From Octopus sinensis (Eukaryota), in contig NC_043006.1 in assembly GCF_006345805.1 (NCBI RefSeq), positions 73,532,001 through 73,596,000 of the forward strand: DNA of 64,000 nucleotides, written 5' to 3'. Made by a program: the position numbers and the translations under genes. Each line of letters begins with the position of its first letter. The first letter of the stretch is position 1. Below the pieces are notes generated by a model that saw only the letters and a list, made by a program, of their open reading frames with translations, made no database searches and was not told where the DNA came from. Positions 50,668 through 64,000 of the stretch are shown piece by piece.

Positions 50668-51474
50668 TATATATATATAATATATATAATATATATATAT
50701 ATATACATATATATATCAAAGCGTGATTGTATGCTATACGCAAATGGGATTTATTGTCGACTTGGTAATAAATGGCCGACAACCAGTTTGGGCGATTAAC
50801 ACCCAAAGTACCTTGGACAAATATAGTACTTGATGTAGTTTAGCTTCTAGTCAGGTCAGATCATTTACATTCCTGGTTAAAGACGTTCCAGCTGTGAATA
50901 TGTCAACATCTTAATGCTAGACTACGATAATCAATGACTCATTTCAGTTTTATATCTTAACTGTAAAAAAAATTTTGATATTATTTTATTCATATAATAA
51001 AAAAAAGAATCTATGAATCATCATTATTGTATGTCTTCTTTCCTTGCTTATTATAGTTTCATAATTAACTGTCCGTTACGTTTTAGAAAACTGTTTTATA
51101 TTTATTAAAGGGGCACTGTACGTTTGTTGGTAACATATGTGGTTTCAAAAAGCCAAAAGGGTGAATTTGTGAATCGGTTTTCAGTAGATATACTCATGTA
51201 CATACATACATACATACATACATACATACATACATACATACATACATACATACATACATACATACGTACATACATACATACATACATAAACACGTACATA
51301 CCTCTGCTGACTTTCGCCACAACTTTCTCTCACTCTTTCCTCCTGCATCTTGCAGCTCACCTGCGACGGACCGCCGTCCCGCCGTCCCGCCGTCCCGCCG
51401 TCCCGCTTAGGTGGGGAACCTATACGCCAAGGAAACCGAGAAACCGGCCCTATGAGCCAGGCGTAGCTCGAGAA

Positions 51475-51526
<52 letters not shown>

Positions 51527-51585
51527 TTTGTGGAAACGCGCGTAGTGATGCATTATGATATTTATACATTGCATACATGAATTAT

Positions 51586-51629
<44 letters not shown>

Positions 51630-52044
51630 TATTTATCCTACATTATATCGGCACAGTTCGGTATAACCCCATAAAACTGCTTTTGCAAGTTGGTACCGTT
51701 AGGCTGTAGCAAAATAGGCGTTCTTATATGCCTTCTCAAAAACCGTTACCCATAAACGAACGTAAAGGATATTTGTACAAACACAAACATACACGCGCGC
51801 GAGCGCACACAATACTTATTATTAGTACTGAAGTGTATAAAAATAAGTGCATGAAAGTTCACTTGTAAATATTCATCGCTAATCTATATCGCAATGTAAA
51901 CGTTCAAATACATTGTAAATGTGTATTTTGTTGCATATTTTAATTAGAGATAACACAGAAATTAAATATTAAATATGAACATGAACCCAGAGTTAAATGT
52001 AATACACATACACACACACATATATATATACACACACAGCTGCA

Positions 52045-52125
<81 letters not shown>

Positions 52126-52132
52126 GTCTCTG

Positions 52133-52221
<89 letters not shown>

Positions 52222-52228
52222 GTCTCTG

Positions 52229-52309
<81 letters not shown>

Positions 52310-52316
52310 GTCTCTG

Positions 52317-52393
<77 letters not shown>

Positions 52394-52872
52394 GTCTGTC
52401 TCTGTGTCTGTCTGTGTCTGTCTGTCTGTCTGTTTGTTTTTTCTGCAATTTTCCACACAAATAATTAAATCAAATTTGAAACGTGACACTCAAGAAGATA
52501 GATGGTGTAGAATGTAAACAACATATAACTGCACCAAGAAAAAAGCCTTAAAGAAACAATAAGCAATAAAAAATACATATTTGTTCCAACAGGGAGATTT
52601 CAGGTGCAAGACACGAAATTTTAAAGACAAAACTGATGTTAATACAATTATGATGAAAAAAATAATCTTATCGAAATACTACGTAAAAAAGCATTACTCC
52701 AGAAAACATTTAAATCGTATATAATCCGGCAACTGAACCGACTAAAAGATAAGATATATTTTTATGGATAAAAGATTGTATTACAAACAAGTCCTTTATC
52801 GCTACATACACTGTGCATACATACATGCTTATAGATATAAATACACACTCTTACATACACATACATTCACAC

Positions 52873-52930
<58 letters not shown>

Positions 52931-53185
52931 GTATATATAGATGTACGCATAAACACTCAAGAATCGTTACAACTACAATACTGTTTCACAAACTGAAGAT
53001 GATAACGTATGTATGTGCTTTAAATACAATACACCCCTGAAATGGCCATAGGGATAAGTAAATATGGTTCCCTTCTTAACTATAAGGCTTCTTTTACCTG
53101 AATAATTATTTATTTAATAAGATTTCTAAACGATGAACTTTTATTTTATTTACATGATATATATTATATATTTTTTATATGCTCC

Positions 53186-53231
<46 letters not shown>

Positions 53232-53619
53232 TTTTATATATTACTTATATTATATTTTTACTTTCTACATCTTTTTAAAAAAATGTATTTTTCTGAATCG
53301 CTAAAATATATTAACTCTAAATTTTTGATGATAAGAATTTTTTCTCGCACCTTATTATTATTATGTGCTAGTCTGCTTATACAGATGAATTATGTTCCAT
53401 CTTGCGGGATGTTTATATGTATATTCTATGATTAAATGTTCGAATTATGAAATGTTATGCGGATGACCTTGCATTTGTTTGTTCAATAATTTTAGTTTGA
53501 TATTTTTGTCTCTTTCAATAGAGCACTTCTATAGCAGTCCTATTAATCCTTTTGTTCCTAACAAGAAACAATCACTGTATTATTAATATTGATATATATG
53601 CGTATACATACATACATAA

Positions 53620-54175
53620 TGGAAGTCTGTCGGAGTTCGACAATGACGTCAGTGACGCCGGAGGTGGGAGCGGAACCACATATTGGGCACGTAACAGCAG
53701 AAGTAGAGTTGGGGATCCTCTCTTCTGGGCTTGTCGATTCTGGTCCAGGCTCTTGAGGCGATTTTCCTCGAACAGCCTAACACCCTTTTGGACAGCTGGA
53801 CGCCAGGCGCCGCGGTCAGAGATAAGCGATTCCCAGCCACAGGCCTCAAGGGAAGTTTTCAGGCTGTCCTTGTATCGCCTCAGTGGCCTTCCAGGGTTTC
53901 TTGCTCCAGAAAACAGCGCAGAGAAGAAAATCATGTTTTGTAGACGCGCGTCGTCCATTCGGACTAAATTTCCAACCCACCGGAGCTGGGCCTTCATGAT
54001 GAGGGCTTCGATCCCGGGCATTTCGGCTCCGTGAAGCACCTCAGTGTTGGAGATTTTGTCCTCCCAGGATATTCCCATGATTCGTTGCAAACAGTAGAGG
54101 TGGAACTGGTCAAGTACTCGCATTTGCCTCCTATGCAGCGTCCACGTCCCACAGCCGTAGAGCAGAGTGTTCAAA
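53620..54175 (-). mobile_element. RTE-clade LINE 3' fragment
   Basis: LNTLLYGCGTWTLHRR...LRWVGNLVRMDD...GRPLRRYKDSLK. 3' end gtcattgtcgaactccgacagacttcca. Confidence 0.88.
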
Positions 54176-55200
54176 ACGGCCATACACCATCGGTACATAG
54201 CGTGCATGAGGTGGTTCACAAAAGCCATTGGCACCAGTACCCACAACCTGAGGAAAACTGCCTCCAGTTCCACACAAGTTGTCGGTTTTGGGACCACCTG
54301 GTTCAGCCGTCTCTGGATTTCATCCCACAGGTGTTCAATTGGGTTCAATTCCGGACTGGGAGCTGGCCACAGCATGGGTCTGATGTACTGACGTGATGTG
54401 ACCCTGGCCGTATGGGAGGAAGCATTGTCCTGCTGGAACACGTGGCTATGGTGATGCGTGAAGGGCACGATGTGAGCTCTTAGGGTCTGGTCAACGTAGC
54501 GCTGCGCTGTAATGCCATTTCTTCTGCCTGCACCAAACTTTTGGAGCACATGGGGCCCAGTTCTCTGATTCAGGCCTATAACACCTCAAACTATGATGCT
54601 TTCGCAACCCCCACGCGTCTCTCTCCATGACACAAGCGTCTCTGTAGCGTTCACATTCTCCTACGCCTCACCTTGCCATCCAAGGTTGAAACAAAGTACT
54701 GGCTCTCGTCAGAGAAGACTATCGACCTCCATTGTTAATGCCGCCAATGTCGGTGCTGTGTAGTCCACTGTAATCGTGCCTGATGGTGGCGAGCAGGACG
54801 ACGGCAACGCAGGTTGTTGGCGGCCAGTCGACGTCGTACCGCTGTCCAGTGCCAATGATCTCGCGAGCTGTCACGCTGACCGATCACGGAGGTATTTCAG
54901 GTGGACGAAGCGGTCCTGTTTGGCGTGGTCACCCAGGTGCGCCTTATGCGGGAACGGTCTGCTATGCTGTTGGTGTTGTATCGCTTTGGCAGGCGATAAA
55001 TGGTGCTGACATGGACATTGTAAGCTTTCGCAACAAGCAGGGCACGCTGCCCTGCTTGCAATCCTTCGACCAGATAATCAACAGCGATGCCTGCTGGGTC
55101 GAGCTACACCACATTGATAAGGGGCAAATAACCCCGAAACCGGTATGTGAATGTTGAGCCAGCAAGAGGAAGCCGATGACCTCCCCTGTTCGATGATTGT
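54176..55200 (-). mobile_element. Decayed Tc1-type transposon
   Basis: GLQAGQRALLVAKAYNVHVSTIYRL (HTH-like), WRSIVFSDES, VFQQDNASSHTA, WPAPSPELNPIEHLW. The N-terminal half is frameshifted and TIRs were not identified. Confidence 0.85.
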
Positions 55201-56239
55201 AATAGACACAGATTTGTGTGTCACGTAGTTAGAGGCGATGGCCTCCCTAAGCTAATCAACGGCAGCATTCGTCCTATCTCTCTGCACTTATCGATAAATA
55301 TTAATATCCAGTACTGCTGTCGTAGTCTCATTTAGAGAGATTTAGAAATAATTATATATATGTACACGTACATGCACATTTATACATTGTAGACTCTCCT
55401 GTTTTAGACGACAGATGAGGGTTCTGCAATTTATTGCCGAACAACCTGCACAGATTATCTGGTTATAGAGATAAAGTTTTTGTACTCACTTCGTGAAATC
55501 AACATTAGCACGGTGCGCCACATGTCAGATGTCAAAGGGAACGTAGAGGAACATGAAACAAAGTGTTTTGCTCTAGAACACAACGCACCGACCGGTTGGG
55601 GAATGAAAACCACGATCACGCGATCTTTAGCGCAACTCCCTAACCACCTGGTCATGCACTCTCACATACATACATACATACATACATACATACATACATA
55701 CATACAGTATACTATGGGGTCTCACTTTCTCCTTTCATATGTTAATATTTGTCACACCAGGAGAACAGTGATTGGCAGAAGTTGATTTTGCCTTTGATCG
55801 CTCCGATATCGATAATATAATAATAAACATATACATGGAGCAGAGGAAAGGGTCAATCGACTATACACATTCTTTCATAAATGTGTAACCTTGTACCAAT
55901 GTAAACAAAACAATATTTTCAACTGGTCTAATCGATAATTGTTTCTTCTCAGCAAAACATCATTTCGTTCTAATCAAAATAAATCGATATTGATTTTGCA
56001 GCTTTTTCGACATATTTTCTTTCTTTTTGTAAATCGTAGCGACTTAAAGATTTATTTTGTTGTTTTTATATTTCTTTTTTCTCTTTTTATTCTTCGAACT
56101 GGACACAGGCGTTCCTCTAAGATTCAATCAAATTGTGTAACTGCTCATTATTGAATTCATAACGTCGAACCATACGAAGTATCGAAGTATAATGTCTTGT
56201 GTATATGGAGGATTCAACCACAGTTTTCTTGTAGTTCTT

Positions 56240-56590
56240 TCATTCATTGGTTTGCGGTCATGCTGGAGCACAGCTTCGAAGTGTTTTTAGTTGAACAAAT
56301 CCACTAGTCTAGTACTTATTCTACAGTTCCTTTTTGCCGAATAGTTAGGTTATGGCGACGAAAACAAAGCAACAACGGTTGTCAAGCGATTGGATAGAGA
56401 TACCCACAGACACAAGGAGACGTACACACATATAGAATAGGCTTTCACACAGTTTCCATCTACCTAATGCACTCACAAGGCATTGGTCAGCCCGGTTCTA
56501 TTGTAGAAATCACTTGCTCAAGGTATTGTGCAGTGAGACTGAACCCGAAACCAAATAGATTCAAAGCCAGCTTCTTAACCACATAGCCAT
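56240..56590 (-). mobile_element. Degenerate SINE family A
   Basis: gcggtcatgctggagcac ... cactcacaaggcattgg ... gactgaacccgaaacc. Confidence 0.75.
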
Positions 56591-56909
56591 GTCTGGTGTG
56601 TCTAAATAATTGGAAACAGTTTTATTGTTTCTGTAGTTGTTCTTGTTGAGAATCAAGACATCCTTGAATGTGAAGGTTTGTGACTGAAAGCAATAAAAAC
56701 CAAAACTATTCCATTTTCTTTAGCAATAAGAAGCGTAAACCACAGACTACGTCATCAGTATGTTAGTTTTTGTAAACAAAAAAGAAAAAAAAAACTGGGT
56801 GGAGCAATGTTGCTAATTTGAGAGACTTAGCTTCTGTGTCTTGTCGGTCGAACGACCACGCACATTGAAGTGCTATTGTTACTACATGTCGTCTATTTGT
56901 TTTATGGAG

Positions 56910-56952
<43 letters not shown>

Positions 56953-57132
56953 GAAAAATACAAACTGGGACAAAAACGTAAAACATTTAGAAGACGATAC
57001 AAAAAACATGGACGGGACATTCGAAGCCTTCAATCTTCAGTCAAGAACCGGATCATCCTCGCAATTTCGGCTGATTAATCTTGAGATCGCTCCGATCCGG
57101 CCAGCCCCAAGGAAGGTATGTATATGCATATT

Positions 57133-57497
57133 TGTGGTAAGAAGCTTGCTTTTCAACCACATGGTTCCGGGTTTAGTCCCACTGTGTGGCACTTTGGGAA
57201 AATGTCTTCTACTATAGCCGACCAAAGCCGTGTGAGTGGATTTGGTAGACGGAAACCGAAAGAAGGCCGTCATGTATATATATATATATGTATGTATGTA
57301 TATGCCTCCCTCCCCACAATCACTTCACAACCGATGCTGGTGTGTTTACGTCCCCGTAACATAGCGGTTCGGCAAAAAGACGATAGAATAAGTACTAGGC
57401 TTAAAAAAGAATAAGTCCTGGGTCGATTTGTTCGACTAAAGGGCGCGGTGCTCCAGGATGGCAGCAGTCAAATGACTGAAACAAATAAAAGAAAAAG
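57133..57497 (+). mobile_element. SINE family A
   Basis: tgtggtaagaagcttgc ... ggttccgggtttagtcccactgtgtggcactttggg. Confidence 0.88.
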
Positions 57498-57579
57498 AGG
57501 ATAAAAGAATATATGTATGTATGTGCGTGTATATATGTATATATATTCCCTGTTCTCTATCTCTCTTTCTCTCTCTCCT

Positions 57580-57618
<39 letters not shown>

Positions 57619-57665
<47 letters not shown>

Positions 57666-57791
57666 TATATATATTATATATATATATATTATATTATATA
57701 TATATATTTATATATATATAATATATATATTATATATATATATATATAATTTATATATATATATATATTATTATATATATATATATATTAT

Positions 57792-57870
<79 letters not shown>

Positions 57871-57976
57871 ATATATATTTATATATTATATATATATTTA
57901 TATATATATAATATTTATATATATATATATATAATATATATATATATATTTATATATATATATATATATATATTAT

Positions 57977-58044
<68 letters not shown>

Positions 58045-58045
58045 T

Positions 58046-58080
<35 letters not shown>
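57619..58080. repeat. Long interrupted (TA)n tract; similar tracts at 17740-17915, 42770-43085 and 46380-46760
   Basis: Direct reading. These tracts generate the spurious IY/YI ORFs. Confidence 0.97.
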
Positions 58081-58089
<9 letters not shown>

Positions 58090-58240
58090 TTATACTAGAG
58101 AATACATCAATAGAAAAATCTAAATGTAAAAATTATCCTCTTCTTTTACACGTACACATATGCAAACATATACAAGAACACAATTTCTATATAGCACACA
58201 CACACATACACACACACACACACACTCACACACATACACA

Positions 58241-58288
<48 letters not shown>

Positions 58289-58709
58289 CACGTATAACTG
58301 TTTAGAGGGATACAGCAAGGGAAAAAGAAATTCAAAAGAAAAAAAGCTTTTAGAATAGGAGATTTCACAGAGAATTATGGAAGCAAATATAATCTATGCA
58401 AGAAGTATATGAGTCTCAATCTCCATTTTAGTAAGTCGTAGACAAGTCAGTCTGACTGAGTGCTTCCATTTCCTCGTCATATGACTAATCTTTATAAAAC
58501 TCATATACAAAGAGTGTATGAAGTCGAAAGATTCGATGACATGGCTAACCGGAATTTTAACATAAGTCTAGTTAAGTAATATGTTGTTGCTATTGTTGTT
58601 GTTTGGTCGCAGGTTAGCCCTTGTAGACCTGACTTATCTATGATTAGATCTTCTATTTACAAGATAACCGAAGGACAGCTGGATTAATTACTGATATTTA
58701 ATGATAATT

Positions 58710-58874
58710 GGCGCGGGAGTGGCTGTGTGGTAAGTAGCTTGCTTACCAACCACATGGTTCCGGGTTCAGTCCCACTGCGTGGCACCTTGGGCAAGTGTCT
58801 TCTACTATTGCCTCGGGCCGACCAGAGTCTTGTGAGTGGATTTGGTTGACGGAAACTGAAAGAAGCCCGTGGTA

Positions 58875-58946
<72 letters not shown>

Positions 58947-59145
58947 TGTGTCTGTGTTTGTCCCCCTCCCAACATCGCTTGACAACCGATGCTGGTGTGT
59001 TTACGTCCCCATAACTTAACGGTTCGGCAAAAGTTACCGATAGAATAAGTACCAGGCTTACAAAGAATAAGTTCTGGGGTCGATTTGTTCGACTAAAAGC
59101 GGTGTTCCAGCATGGGCGCAGTGAAATGACTGAAACAAGGAAAAG
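58710..59145 (+). mobile_element. SINE family A, well-preserved reference copy with a CORE-like central segment
   Basis: tRNA-like head with A box TGGCTGTGTGG and B-box-like GGTTCAGTCCC, then ggcaccttgggcaagtgtctt (resembles the CORE-SINE domain), an internal (TA)(TG) tract, and tail ...gactgaaacaag. Confidence 0.92.
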
Positions 59146-60599
59146 TGTAAAAGTGTAGTAAATACAATGGGCATGGAATGATACTCCGAAAAACAACTAA
59201 CTTTTGATCGTAAATTTTTAATAAGTAAGAAATGATTAAGAACTAGCTATCACGAATTTCCAAGTTTGATCTCATTACCTGACAACTTGGACAAATATAA
59301 TTTTCTATAATGTCGGATCAATCCATTTCATGAAAGTGTAATTATGTAGACGGAAACTGTATAGAAGCCTGGTGGATGGATGGTACTTATAACTCAAACA
59401 ACCATGTCACACTAATTGAGAATGAAGCTTACGCGTCTATGGAATACTCGGTCACTGACGTGTCTATGGAATACTCTGTCACCACTTACACGCTAATTCA
59501 ATAAGCAAGTAATTCTGTCCATTGAACAACTGAACACTTATCTTCGAAACCGATGGAGATCCATTAATTCTTTTTTTTTAATCTTATCAGTTAATCTAAA
59601 CAAATTTTCTTTTATTTCACCACGCATTTCATACACATAGTTATTAAAAACATGTTAGTTTGTTTATTACTTCAGAATTGTTTACATAATGTGATATTTA
59701 AAAAGAAAAATGTTCTACGTTTTAGCTTTTGTGTGTACAGAAATATTTTTACGTCAAAACTTCACTTAAAAATCATTAAATTTGATGCCGTGTGAGACCA
59801 GCATGAAATCAAATTACTTTGAATGAAATAAATATATTTTATGCGTCCGAAAAAGATAATATAATCGATTTCCTTGAGTAATGTATCATAAAATATTTTA
59901 TTTGTTGTTGATTAATACGATATTAAAACAACTGAGGCCAAAATATTTTGATACAGTTAATTATAACTAAAAGCATAGGTGTGTATACATATACGTTATA
60001 TATCAGGTGTTGTATACATATACGTTGTATATTAAATGTTATCAGAGAAGCGAATTGAAAGAAACGAAAGAGTGTTGAATGTAATATATTTATGATAGCT
60101 AATTTAATGCCATTCTCTGTCTCTCTCACCCACCTCTCTCTCTGTATATTCTCAACTTAATCCTGATGATTTGGTGGTGAATTTAGGGATGGAATATGTA
60201 CTGCGATGATTTCACTGTTTACATTCCAAAAAGAACTAAATCGTAACGAACCAGACTGACAACTCGCAAATATTAGCTACCAAATCACTCTCGCATCATG
60301 TTCAAGTGTCTTTAAAAAAAATGTGACTCTTTAGATAATGCAGTCCTTGACTAACAATAACAACATTACAAAAATAAAGTTGATATACGTCTGTAAGAAA
60401 TTAAATACTGTAAATTTAGTCAGTTAAAGACTGTTAATTTTAGTAACAAACGAGAAAGGATTTCACCCAGATGCAGAGAAGTCCAAACGAAATAGTTAAG
60501 CAGATTAGGCCTCTCTTTTCAAGAGTAGAGCAGCAAATACTCTTGTCACTCCATTCTTGAAAAAGGACGTCTAAGTTACCAGGCAACGAGTCATCTTAA

Positions 60600-61350
60600 T
60601 CATCAAATATGGCGGGCTCGGCCTTCGATCTCCTGTCCCACTGGCCCTGTCGGCTCTTCTCTCGTTGGTGACCTCTTGCCGTGTCATTATTAACAGGGTC
60701 CTTTACAACACTATTGAACCATCTATTATTAGGGAACACTCTCTCCACTCTGTGGACATCCGGTCTTCTCAAAAGAAATGGGAAGCCATCTAGTGTGGTA
60801 CAACCGCGGACTTAACCGGCACCGTCTGACATGTTTCCACTCAGCCTCCGAGCCTTACAGTGGACCTTGGATCAATGCGGTACCATTACTTGCAACTGAC
60901 ATTCAGCTTGATGGAAGATGGCCAGTACTATGACAGCATGACAGTGGGTGGAGGCCGAAAGTAACTCTCTGCGCATCGGCGTTTTCCAGGGGCCTGGCTT
61001 CTAGATGTTTGAGCCTCATGAATGTCGCTGTGGATCCACTGGATACTTTCGGCCTCCACCCACTGTCATGCTGTCATAGTACTGGCCATCTTCCATGCCA
61101 TGTTGCCATTAACAAGATCATAAAGCATGGTCTAAACGCCGTAGGCTTCCCTTTCCAGCTCGAACCAGCGGGGCTAGACCGAGGGGATGGTAAAAGGCCG
61201 GACGATATGGCAATTTTCCTGTTCCGTGGTGGTAGGCCCCCTAATCTGAGATGCCATATGCTGAGACACTTTCTCTAGCTGCAACTTAGTGTTATCAGTT
61301 ACCAGCTCAGGCTCGCTGCTTGTCAGACTAAGAGAAAACTGTCAAGGTAT
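60600..61350 (+). mobile_element. Fragment of a non-LTR retrotransposon with restriction-like endonuclease (CRE-like)
   Basis: LDTFGLHPLSCCHSTGHLPCH (decayed zinc knuckle) and LEPAGLDRGDGKRPDD (R.DGKRPDG motif) in ORF 61009-61278. Confidence 0.7.
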
Positions 61351-62962
61351 CGGTATTGAAGTAGCTCACGCATAACTCCTGTATTAACTTACACACACGT
61401 ACACACACACACACACCACACACACACACACACACATGTATGTTTATGCGTGCGCGCGCACACGTGTATACGACGTTAAATGACCGAAGAATAGACTAAA
61501 TTATAGGAATTAGAAAATGATAATTCGAAATTAATCTTACGAATCTGTAACGCTGTCATTGAGAACGATATCTATTTTACAATTTTACGTCCATTTACAT
61601 TCTTTCTAAAGCATATCCGTTACTGTATGTTGACAGAGCGCTGTGACCCAGTCTAATTGGCGATGGACGCTATTGATATCGCTGTAATATGAAGTCCGTT
61701 GAAAATGAATCCTTCGTATAACTCATAATGAGAATACATTCATATATCATGCTGTAACGATTTATAGAATAAAAACACTATACAATGAATTTCGGTTGTA
61801 AAGATATTAAAAACCTATAATGGTCGGGAATGTTTATACGCTCATCAAATTAAAGAATATTGGAAGAATGTTTTGATTAAAACTCCAATAAAATCCATTG
61901 TTGTTTGGACTAGAGAACAAAGATATGCAATGATATAGAAGAGATGTGATGTACCAACTAAATATGATATTACGAATAAATGATATAGAAATTATTTCGT
62001 CCGGTTAATGAAAAGAACTAAGACCTTGTTGTTACAGTGTAACCTACAGGCTTGGATGGCCAATTGGGAGAATCATTAGAGTGTCAGACAGAATTCCTTG
62101 AGGCATTTAACTTGAGCCCACAGCGCTTTGAGTTCAAATTTCATCGAGGTCAACTTCATGTTTTTATTCTTTCGGGGGCATTTGAACGAGTAACATTTCA
62201 GGACGGTGGATTGGCAGAAATGTAAGAACGTCTGACTATATGCTTTGCGATATTTCTTCCGATTGCTTGCCGTTAAGTTCAAATCCCGCCGCAGCCTGCG
62301 TTGTTTGTAGATTTAATCGCTCGGTTTAATGCCACCATCAGGCAACTTGGATGACTTCAGATGGGTCAACTGTGAGGCAAACATTCGGGACAGGCTTTCT
62401 CCCCCCACCTCACTCGGTAGCCGTGTGGAGATAATACTTTCCGCACCGACAAAAAAAAATTGATTATAAAACAAATATGAATCTTAAAGAGATCGCTTGA
62501 GGGTATTGATTTTTATGCTCTGTATTTCGAAACTGGCGAAGACTGTCCCAGACTTAGCCACACACAAATAAGACAATTTTAGGACGGTATGTTTTAGTTG
62601 TCTAACCATGACAAGAAGAACTCAACCAAACAATAATTCGAATAATTTTTACCTCGAATAGTTTTCGTACTATTTGTTATGCCAACAAGTTGCAAAGTAC
62701 TTTTGCATCGACGAGACGTTGTTCGCAAACCTATGAACATGTCCTACCCCATCGAAAACATGAAAGCATACGGCACGATGAATCGGAGTGTTCCTTAATC
62801 TGCAACAATTATAGAAACCGTTTTGATTATATATATATATATATATATCACGTGATCACGTGACCGACCAGACCATCAGATGTTGTTACACATCGCTGGT
62901 CACAATGCTTTCGCATTGTTTTAGCCTTCGAATGACGCCACCCCGCTGGCTAAGCGAGCAGG

Positions 62963-63089
<127 letters not shown>

Positions 63090-64000
63090 GAAATTACGAT
63101 GAACCCAAATTCATATAATTTGTTCCTACGTGCGTCTCGCCATTGTAGCTCTTTGGAACACTGCATTGGCTGTTCCAAGTGCAACTGGATGTCTAACCTC
63201 AACGGATCACCGGAGGACAATTTATTGAATTATGTTACAGAGATTTACAGAGAGTGTTGATTACAGAAGAGGTTAATTTCAAGAGAGTGTGCAAAAAGTT
63301 CATAAAAGAGATGAATGTATTGAGCTGATACCTGCTGAGCATGGTACCACCCACCCACACAGTTGTTAGTATAACGAAAATACAACTCAGAGGTGTATTC
63401 GGTGGATTGGACAAGAGTTTTCTCCTCAAAGTGTTCTTCAATATGTTTTCATAGATGGGATCTGTCTTGTTACCTATAGCGACCCCACTGAATTGTTCGT
63501 CAGAGAAGAAAAAGTCAGTTAAGGGTTAGTACGAATTTAGCTACGTGGAGAAGTGTGATAATTCTCGTTTTAAGGTTATCTACAAAGTATTTACGGGATG
63601 GATGAACGCCGATGGGGGTGGTGGTGACTGTTTAGAGTGTCATCCATACTGAAAAAGAGCGTTCACTGTCGATGGAGAAAAGAGGATGAGTTGAAGTTTT
63701 TAATTCATGAGGGCAGTGACGAAGAGAGATAGTATTTTGTCAAGGAATACAGAAAGAAATTCGGTTGGGCAGATAAAGATGGAGACGATGTAACAACCGG
63801 GATTTTTAGTTTGTAAATTTTGAGGACGATGCATTAGGGGTGTATTTACATTAAGATTATATGACTCAATATAGAAAATAGATATTAGTCAATAGTCTCA
63901 AGGTACGCTTGTTACACCGACTTTCACTAATTGGTTACTTAATAACATCCAGGGTATTTATAATTGAAATAGGTTCCCCAGGCGACCATGGGGATCAATT
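63090..64000 (-). mobile_element. PLE reverse-transcriptase remnant running off the window edge
   Basis: Minus strand LKIYKLKIP (~LPKIHK), VAIGNKTDPIYEN (~GVAMG..GPSYAN), FRYTNNCVG (~FRYIDD), FISFMNF...LKLT. Confidence 0.75.

Noticed and set aside
57513-58038. Long IY/YI, LSIY, CV and HT ORFs here and throughout the ORF track
   Set aside because: Translations of (TA)n, (TATC)n and (CA)n microsatellites.
58460-58550. Cluster of short hairpins and palindromes resembling a structured RNA
   Set aside because: Lacks conserved twister, pistol or hammerhead core nucleotides; alternative pairings are mutually exclusive and there is no second copy for covariation.

Overview
AT-rich, microsatellite-dense eukaryotic DNA with no recognisable intact host gene. 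The SINE families and simple-repeat load suggest a cephalopod, probably Octopus (inference, not a database match). The window is a mosaic of mostly decayed mobile elements: three tRNA-headed SINE families; RTE-clade LINE copies (longest 14336-17025); several Penelope-like element (PLE) remnants; a DD37D (maT-type) and a Tc1-type transposase remnant; a hAT transposase remnant; a Gypsy-type gag fragment; a restriction-like-endonuclease LINE fragment; MITEs; and non-autonomous Helitron-like elements. The only candidate host coding sequence is a Thr-rich exon at 168-463. The most notable signal is a set of minimal type I hammerhead ribozyme folds. The best sit in an apparently identical 2x362 bp tandem (44211-44961) that looks like a retrozyme or PLE pseudo-LTR multimer. 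At four unrelated loci the core reads UUGANAA instead of CUGANGA, a compensatory U3-A8 pair in place of C3-G8. Other hammerhead folds lie at the centre of head-to-head inverted repeats. All folds were made by eye; no activity is shown.
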